41,924 nt of DNA from Azolla caroliniana (taxonomy: Eukaryota; Plantae; Polypodiophyta). The translations under genes and the position numbers were made by a program. A model generated the notes under the pieces. The model saw nothing but the letters and a program-made list of their open reading frames with translations, was not told where the DNA came from and searched no databases. How positions within the stretch are numbered: the stretch's first letter is position 1; every line of letters begins with the position of its first letter. The DNA lies in contig JBHGNT010000272.1 of assembly GCA_043228905.1 (NCBI GenBank), positions 1 to 41,924 of the forward strand. The letters run 5' to 3'. Below are positions 34,471-41,924 of the stretch, piece after piece.

Positions 34471-37400
34471 TTTTTTTTTTTTCCAAAAAAAAACTCCTTC
34501 CATTAGTTATAAAATTTTACAAGATTATGTACAAATCCCTGTAGGGACGCGATAGTCCCATTTTATGTGGATGCCCACTAACTCAAGAAAGGGAGAGGAC
34601 GACCATTGTTGGATGAAGGTTATTCGTTGTTTTTCAACTCCATCGGAGCCGCCCTAAAGGCCATCATATTGGCTCTTCAAAGTGGCTACAATTTCACTCC
34701 ATATCTCTTGCAATAACCTTTGTTGGATGTGCGGTTTGGTTGGAGAAGACTCGCCTACATCATTGTTTCCATAGAATCCAAAGAGTTATTGGGTTGACCA
34801 ATTCCAACACCTCTTGAGATTTGTCATTAAGAGGAGTGGAGTGGACATTGCCACTCGAGGAGAAAAGGACCTCGTGTGCCGTTGGGCTGTCCCACAGAGC
34901 GTGTCGTATTGATTCTACTGCATGTGGGCACTCTACACAATTAGGAGAGCTAAGGTTCCCACATTGCCATGCTCTGACCGGTAGGGACTTATGTATTAAT
35001 AACCATTGGAACGTGGTAATTCGCCTCGTGTGTTGTTGTTTCTAGATTTTCTGCCAAAACTTGGTGATTATTGTGGGAGGAACTTGAAATGTGTGCCAGA
35101 CCTTCGCAACAGTCAACTCTTGGGCGGTTTGAGCAGCTAGAATGTGGCGACCCAATCTAGTTTTGAATTGGAAGAAAGGGATGGGTTTGCTTCCTTGCCC
35201 CGCGTAGGGATCACGCCATGTCCATTGCAATGGGTCCCAACTAACCTTACGTAGCCATGTGTTTTCATGAGTACATATGTGCCAATCGGGTTGTACTTTG
35301 ATCGGATTAGGATCTACAATCCATTTATGACTAGTATACGTGAGTACTCGAATTGCGTTGTTCTGTGTTGGTGTCTCAGTGTCTCGCAATTCATAGCCTT
35401 CGAGCCTGTCTAGTGGTCCCCTACCTCTCGGGATCAAAGATCCCTCCTCCTCGTGGCCTATCCATTTCTCCATTGTCGTCCTTTGAGTAGCAGATTCCGT
35501 AATCAGTAGAGCGTTAATGATTTCTGATCGCATAGTCCATCCGCCCCTGATTCCATGGAGTATGTTCGCCTGATCTTGTAGTGGCAATGACATAAACCTT
35601 CGCCAACATTCTATCATTACTTTTTCCTGAACCTTATGCAATGTATTCCCATGACAACCCCTTGCGTGATCCTAGTAGTTGATTAGATTCATCCTTGATA
35701 CATGGGTTCCATAGGATACGTTGACTGAGCCAGGAAGGTTCGGATCTCGGTTGATCACACTTGAGCCCTCGACAAATGTCACACCATGCCTTCCACATGG
35801 ATGCACTGAATCTATCCTCCAATTGGCGGGAGAAACTAGGTTTGAGATCCATGTTTAGAATCCATCTCGTTTGGGGGGCCTAATTGACCCCTTTTTGTGG
35901 CCTAAAGTAAGCGAAACGTAACCTCAATAGCATTTTCCAACAGTCATTTCCTGGTTGGAGTCCTTGCACCACAAATTTAGCAAGTAAGGCTTTCGATTGT
36001 GAAAGGAGATCAATAAGACCCAATCCCCCTCTCGACTTAGGCGTTGTGAGTATAGGCCACGCCAACTTGGCGTGAGCTACATGGTCTTCCTTACTAGACC
36101 AAATGTAGTTGTGGACCAGTTGTTGAATCTGATGTATACTTTCCTTGGAGATTGTCCAACATGATAGACTGTACCATGTTGTTGCGAGTAGTACCTGATT
36201 TGCCACTATGATGCGACCTGCTAATGACAGTTTTTCCGAGCTCCAATGTATCAACTTTTGTCGAATGGAATGGATAACGGGTGCAATCATAGTCTCTGGC
36301 GGTATGTTGAAACCAATTTGGAAACCCAAATATTTGGTGCTTGCTCCTTGATTGATCCATTTGAAAGTGGGATGTGGGTGCCACACCAGATGTGTTTCCT
36401 GAGAGAGCCATATTGCGCAAGATTTGTGCCAATTGATCATGACATTGGATCTCTTGCAAAATACAGCTAGCCCACTTTCTAGCTTTTGGAGGTTTTCCAA
36501 GTCCCCTTGTAGGTAGACCGTTGTGTCATCTGCAAATTCTATATCCAGGATGCTTTGGTGAGAATGAGGTACGGGAAGACCACGTAGGTTGACATGCCGC
36601 GAGTTAAGAAAGCAAGAGAGTGCTTCGGTGTATAATAGAAATAAGGATGGAGGTAGTGGGCATCCTTGTCATACAGATCGGGATATTCGGAAAAAGGGGC
36701 CCCTTTCACCTGCCAATGAAACGCAATTGCTGCCATTCCTATAAAGTCCAGCAATGCCTTTGATCCATGTCTCTTGAAAGCCGAGTTTCCGCATCACACT
36801 TTCTAGAAAGTTCCAGCCTACCCTGCCATATGCTTTCTCAAAATCTAGTAGCACCACCGCCGCTACCTTGTTGTTGGTACGCTTGGCAAGGGCTACTGCT
36901 TCCTAGAATGAGAAGAGGTTATCTAGGATGTTCCGATTTCTAACGAACCCTGTCTGGGATGGATGAATGAGTTGAGGGAGAAGTGGTGTTCAACGGGGTG
37001 CCACGATTTTTACGAGCAACTTATAGACAATATTGAGAAGAGCTAGGAATGAGATGTATCATCTCCTGTCCAAATTCCTCTGGCATGCTTCCAAAGGCGA
37101 TGATCTCCTCATATGCCTGGAGGAGGTCTTCTTTAATAGTGTCCCAAAGGCATGTGAAAAAGTGCGAGGTGAGGCTGTCGATTCCGGGGCAAGTATTGGC
37201 ATCTAAATCAGTGAGGGCCTCCCATATCTCAATGATTGATAGGGGACGCACAAGCCATGTATTCATTTCCGGCGTGACTTTCTCGGGTATGCTTTGTAGG
37301 ATAATATCTTCTCTTATGTCTTCCCTTGTAGCTATAATGTCTTTGGTAAGTAGGCGGTTATAGTAACTTGTGGCAATATTCCTCATTTCATCGCCATCCT

Positions 37401-38117
37401 CAATGGTCGTTCCATCCTCTCGGTTGAGGCTGCACATCACAATTCTGGCGTGCCTCAGGCCTTTGGAGCGGAAGAATTCCTTCGTGGTTTTGTCCCCTAC
37501 TCAAATCCATCACACCATGCTTCCATGAAACTCCATGTCATATATTTCCTTTTCCGCCATGCTAAGTTCATGTTTGGCCGTGGTGACTTGTCCTGCGATC
37601 CAAATACATGATGGGTATCTCTGTTGGAGTCGTTGTAAGGTTCTTAGTCTCTGTTTTGTCCTCTGTCGCTTCTCCTGAGCATCCTTGCTCCTGGTCTTGA
37701 CAATCTCATGTAGGAGAGTTGAAGCTCTTGTTAATTTAGCAAGAAGTTTGTCAGATGCTGATGAGTCATTGACGGGTAATGACCATTGGTTGGAGAGTTG
37801 GTCCTTCACCTCCATAGATGAGTAAATAGTGTGGGGGATGCGAATCTGGAATGGGCCCCATTTTCAGTGCAATTGAAAATGACCAGCTACCGGGTAATGG
37901 TCAGAGAAAGTCGTGCCTGGAGTTATGCGACACCCCCCCCCCCCTTCGCTTCTAGAACCTCACCCACATAAATGCGGTCAATGAGAGATAGGGTGGGTCC
38001 ACTATTCCGCTGGTTTGATTGGGAGAATAGGAGAGAATCCCTTTTTCGTTGGAAGTTGTCAGAATACCAGATGTCTCACAGGTTATGGTGGACACATAGC
38101 TTCTCCCATTGTTTACG
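34471..38117 (-). mobile_element. LINE-2: 5'-truncated, decayed L1/Tx1-like element related to LINE-1
   Basis: Poly(A) at 34471-34482, TSD TCACATAT(A/G)G at 34461-34470 and 38118-38127. Fragments LDFEKAYGRV, KYLGFQIG, LSLAGRIIVANQVLLATTW and RGGLGLIDL. Confidence 0.92.
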
Positions 38118-38489
38118 TCACATATGGTTTTTATTAATATTAGAGTTAGTTTCAACAAATATCAGAGTTACTTTCAACCAACCCCCCTTAACTCTAATAC
38201 TTATAGATTAGTGAGAGAGACTCAACCCAATATGCTTGCAACAATTCCGATGTTTAGTACTTGGAACCAACTTGGTTAAGAAGTCAACCCACATATCTGG
38301 AGTAGGGGTATAGTTGTTGTTGAGGTTATGTTATATCAACAAGTTCTGTTATGGTGTGATATTGAGCTTGTTATCCCTGTCGACTAACACAAAGGGTCGA
38401 ACGACTATTTTATATAGTCTCTCTATCAATAAGATTGTGGTCGGAGACTGGAGTCGTCGAAGTTGTGCATTTTCGTAAGATTCAAGTTT

Positions 38490-39640
38490 GAGGACAAGCT
38501 ATAATTGGTCGTTCGTCGTCATATTCTTCCAGTAGTTTAGTGATTTCACCTATGTGTTTAGTTGTGAGCTCCCCGAAATCAGCTGACAATTCATCCCGAA
38601 TTACCCTTAGACTCGCCTAGTCCAATTCATAAAATCCATTACCGTTTTTTTTTTTTGTTCTCCTGATCGGCCCTTAGCAGTTGTAATTCTATTGCTTGAG
38701 TCGACCAGGTCTTCCTTGTTCGAGGGATGATGTTATTTTCTTGTGCAGTCTTTGCTTATGTCGGTTTAAGATAGCTTGAATCTTTTGTTCGCCCATGCTG
38801 AGTCGATTTTTCAGAGCCTTCATTTCAATCTGTGGCTCATCTTATCGAGCTATTGCTGAGTCTTGTGCAATTTGAAATTTAGATTTTGCCCACTAAGAGT
38901 GAGGTTCACGCTTGTTCGTATTTCTCCATGAGCTTCTTGATTTGTTGCGTTATTTTGTCTTGGTCATCTTGGAAATCTTGGCACATCTTTTCCCTTTCTA
39001 CTTTGAATTTTGTTGTGTGTCTTTGGCAAATCTCCTCCTGGGCCTTCATGTCCTTGTTGAGATTAGCTATTATTTGTTGTTTCCGATCAAAAGGAATTTT
39101 GAGGTGTCGGTGTTCGTACTGGAGTTTGTCAAATTCTTCTTGTCATGCTCAAAGTGTGTCATTGATGTGTTTTTGAAATACTTCGACCTGTTGATGTGCT
39201 GTCTGAAGTCGGCCCCATAGTTAATGGACTTTAGCGTCAACAGTCTCTAGTTTTTTATTTGCCTTGTCGAGTAGATCCTCCTTTTGTTGCAATTCTTCCC
39301 ACAGACGCTTGTCCGGTACGAGAACAATTGCGTGGTCATAAGTTTGGAGTTGTTCTTCTGCATCCTTTAGCTTCGAATTAGCTTGTTGTAGTCATTCTGC
39401 TAACTGTGTTTTCGCTTGAGTGGATTTCGACCACTCCATTAAGTCTGCCACCTTCATTGTACGTTTACTTACTTGAGCCATATCTTTTGCGACCCTAATC
39501 GTATTGGCAAGTTGTTCATGCACATTGACCAATGCTCTATGCAGAGGTGGCATCTGGAAAGCTCTTCCTTTATTCTTTGCTTCCCTCTGACGTCTTATTC
39601 GATAAAGGGCTTGCTGGTCTTCAGGCTCGATGTCACCTTG
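38490..39640 (-). pseudogene. Decayed long coiled-coil ORF (retroelement extra/env-like ORF)
   Basis: The frame of the 39392..39664 ORF continues through isolated stops as Q/E/K/L-rich heptad-like sequence (LQQANSKLKDAEEQLQ, EELQQKEDLLDKANKKLE). Confidence 0.6.
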
Positions 39641-40222
39641 TGTTGGGAAAACATGTCCCTCCATATGGGAAGAAGAGTATGAGCTAAATCGGCTTATCGG
39701 CTTTGGCCGAAATCAAGAATTGAAATCGGAAATCCATTATATAACAGATTCGGGAGACTATATTTGTAAATAGTTTGAATGTGCCCCATGTGGGTTATAT
39801 CTGTAAATAACCAAAAAGTTGTATAAGTATAAATACAACTAGCGTAAAATTTGTTAGCGAGTTGTATTATCATTAGTTGTTAAATAGTTGGAGAATGTGG
39901 TTGCCTCTGTAACTGTGAGAGAGTGAGAGTTAACGAGTAACTCTACGGTCGTCAATCTGACGAAGGAGAGCTTAAGGTTGTTGCTTTTGAAGCTTCTCAT
40001 TGTACTCCTCCTATCATAGTGATTTGTTTGGAATTTGTGGAATCCGCATGGTTTTTCCCTTTTGGTTTTTCCACGTAAACATCTGTGTCTTTGTGTTCTC
40101 TTTTTTCTCGGTACTTTCCGTTCTCTGTCTATGCACTATCATTGTTGATTCTTTGCACCCGAACATACATTAGAGGAACCGGTTGTGGCCGGTCACGATC
40201 CTAACAAACTGGTACCAGAGTG

Positions 40223-41924
40223 ATGGAAGAACACTTCGGTGGAATGTTCAAGTTAACAGGCTCCAACTATTTAGTGTGGAAGTCAAAGATGTGAGATATG
40301 CTCGTGTGCAAAGACCTGTGGCTGTCGGAGCAATATGGCAAGACGAAGCCAGACAGACAAGATCGGTGCATCGACTTGGGAAGTCATGCATCTGAAGTCG
40401 GCCACATATAGAAGGTGTTTTATAGACCATGGTTGTTTACGTACCCGTATTTAACGTTTAAATACTTATAGTACCTCATCATTTGTATAGTACGTACTAT
40501 ACCTCAATGTTGTTCAGTCAAATATCATGTACATTTGTCCAATACGGTATTTAACGTATTTATAAAAAAATAGGTATAATACGTATTTATAAAGAAAATG
40601 TAAGTAAAACCCTAACAAAAAGCAGAAGAAAAAAAGATTTTACTGAAAAAGAAGCCAAAGGAAGGAAGAAAGAAGAATAGAAGAGACGACGATGAAGAAG
40701 ATGAAGAAGAAGAAGAGAGAAAAGAAGACATAAACCTGTCCTGAGTGTGATAATCGCAGAAGATAGAAGAAGAAGAAGAAGAAAACGAAGAAAAGAGAAA
40801 CCTATCATGAGTGTGATAATCGTAGATGATTCCTTAATCTATGAAGGCATAATTGTAAATAATTATAATTTGAAGTAGAACATCGCGATACACACTTACA
40901 CTGATTTATAGAATAAGGGAATGTCGACATCCATATTACTACAAGTATTTTAGGATGTGAAATGTTCAAATGTCTTATATGCATTTTAGGATGTAGAACT
41001 ATATTGTACATCACAAAATTGTGTAAACATAGATGTTTTTTACAATATTATAGATATCTTTTAGAAAAGTAAATAATTTTCAAATTCTAGAAGTATTTAA
41101 CGTACTATATGTAAAATACGTATTTTATAAGTATTTAACATATTAAGAAAACGTATTTAACGTATTTTTAAATTGGGAGGTACTATACGGGTATTAATAC
41201 GTTAAATACGTATGGTATCCGTACCGTACCTAACAACCTTGTTATAGACATGAGTCTATACAACAACTTTGATGAAGAGATGAGTGCCGACGTCCTTTGG
41301 AAGAAGATTGGTTTGATGTTCGAAAACAAGAACGTCGTGAACAGAGTCTCAATTTTCAGAAAAATCTTGAGACTTCAGTATCAAGATGGTACCAGTATGG
41401 TGGAGCACATAAATGCCTTACACAGATTGATGAATCAAACCACATGTCTAGAAGTACCTCTTGTTGCTGGGATCCCTTCCAGACAACTAGGAGACACTCG
41501 TTATCACATTGGGCAACGCCGAACCGGAAGGGAAGCATCTGTCCCTAGAGTAGGTGAAGTCGAGCTTAGTGAATGAGGAAGCTCATTGGAAGTACCAAGA
41601 GTCAATAGCTAACCCAAAGGCCTTAGTCATAGAAAGTGACAAAAATCGAGGAAGAGGCCGAAATCAAAGTCCCCAGAATCAAGATAAGTCAGGGACAAGG
41701 TCGAAGTCGAGGGGAAGGCCCACGTGCTTCTATTGTGGGAAGTCTGGGTACTTCCAAAAGAATTGCTGACACTTTCGAAAGGAAAAAGGGGGAGCCGATA
41801 GTGTGCAGTTGAAGAAGATTTCAGACAACAAGAACACGTTGGCAATCGCGACAATTGAGGAGGAGTTGTTGCTCATCAGTGAGCAAAACAAAGTGAACCT
41901 TGTCGACGACGAATCGACATGGGT
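40223..41924 (+). pseudogene. Copia-3 gag pseudogene interrupted by a hAT element
   Basis: MEEHFGGMFKLTGSNYLVWKSKM, then LWKKIGLMFENKNVVNRVSIFRKILRLQY and CFYCGKSGYFQKNC. Confidence 0.9.
40428..41241. mobile_element. Non-autonomous hAT DNA transposon (814 bp)
   Basis: Perfect 8-bp TSD TTATAGAC (40420-40427 and 41242-41249), TIRs CATGGTTGTT/AACAACCTTG, and subterminal CGTATTTAACG-like repeats at both ends. Confidence 0.92.

Larger units (their letters stand above)
34242..39640 (-). mobile_element. 3' part of an LTR retrotransposon with an extra coiled-coil ORF; 3' LTR (~34242-34470 plus 38118-38179) split by LINE-2
   Basis: On the minus strand, PPT AAGGGGGGTT (38189-38180) precedes a tandemly duplicated LTR start (T/G)GTTGAAA. 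TATTTAAA near 34425 and end ...CTAACA at 34242. No second LTR in the window to confirm. Confidence 0.55.
39641..41924 (+). mobile_element. Copia-3: 5' part of a Ty1/copia element related to copia-1 (LTR 39641-40206, PBS 40210-40220)
   Basis: TGTTGGGA...TCCTAACA termini, PBS TGGTACCAGAG, and an LTR motif GGTTTTTCCC..TTTCCACGTAAA shared with copia-1. Confidence 0.88.

Overview
Plant nuclear DNA, most likely a seed-free land plant such as a fern (inferred from a Tcn1/Tf1-sushi-type chromovirus and the TE types). One intact host gene lies in the middle: an 11-exon P4-type ATPase (ALA phospholipid flippase) on the minus strand, 21197-31655, about 1278 aa by my exon assembly. It is flanked by two nested TE clusters. 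Left cluster: a decayed Tnt1/Tork-like copia (1109-15995) has other LTR elements inserted in both LTRs. The copia in its 3' LTR (5875-15950, TSD ATTTT) holds an HSE-rich LTR-like piece, a tandem duplication and a minus-strand chromovirus (7421-12713, TSD CTCAT). An L1-type LINE follows. Right cluster: a minus-strand LTR element with a decayed coiled-coil extra ORF, a LINE nested in its LTR, and a further copia whose gag is split by a non-autonomous hAT element. The most unusual object is the chromovirus. It has no tRNA PBS but a 12-nt self-priming site complementary to its predicted transcript start, a -1 frameshift slippery site with a pseudoknot, and a permuted LTR layout (45-bp U5 stub at the 5' end, duplicated 43-bp U3 cassette at the 3' end) that still has TG..CA ends and a perfect TSD. 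Inverted repeats bracket the PPT/3'LTR junction in five different LTR elements. All coordinates were read by eye.
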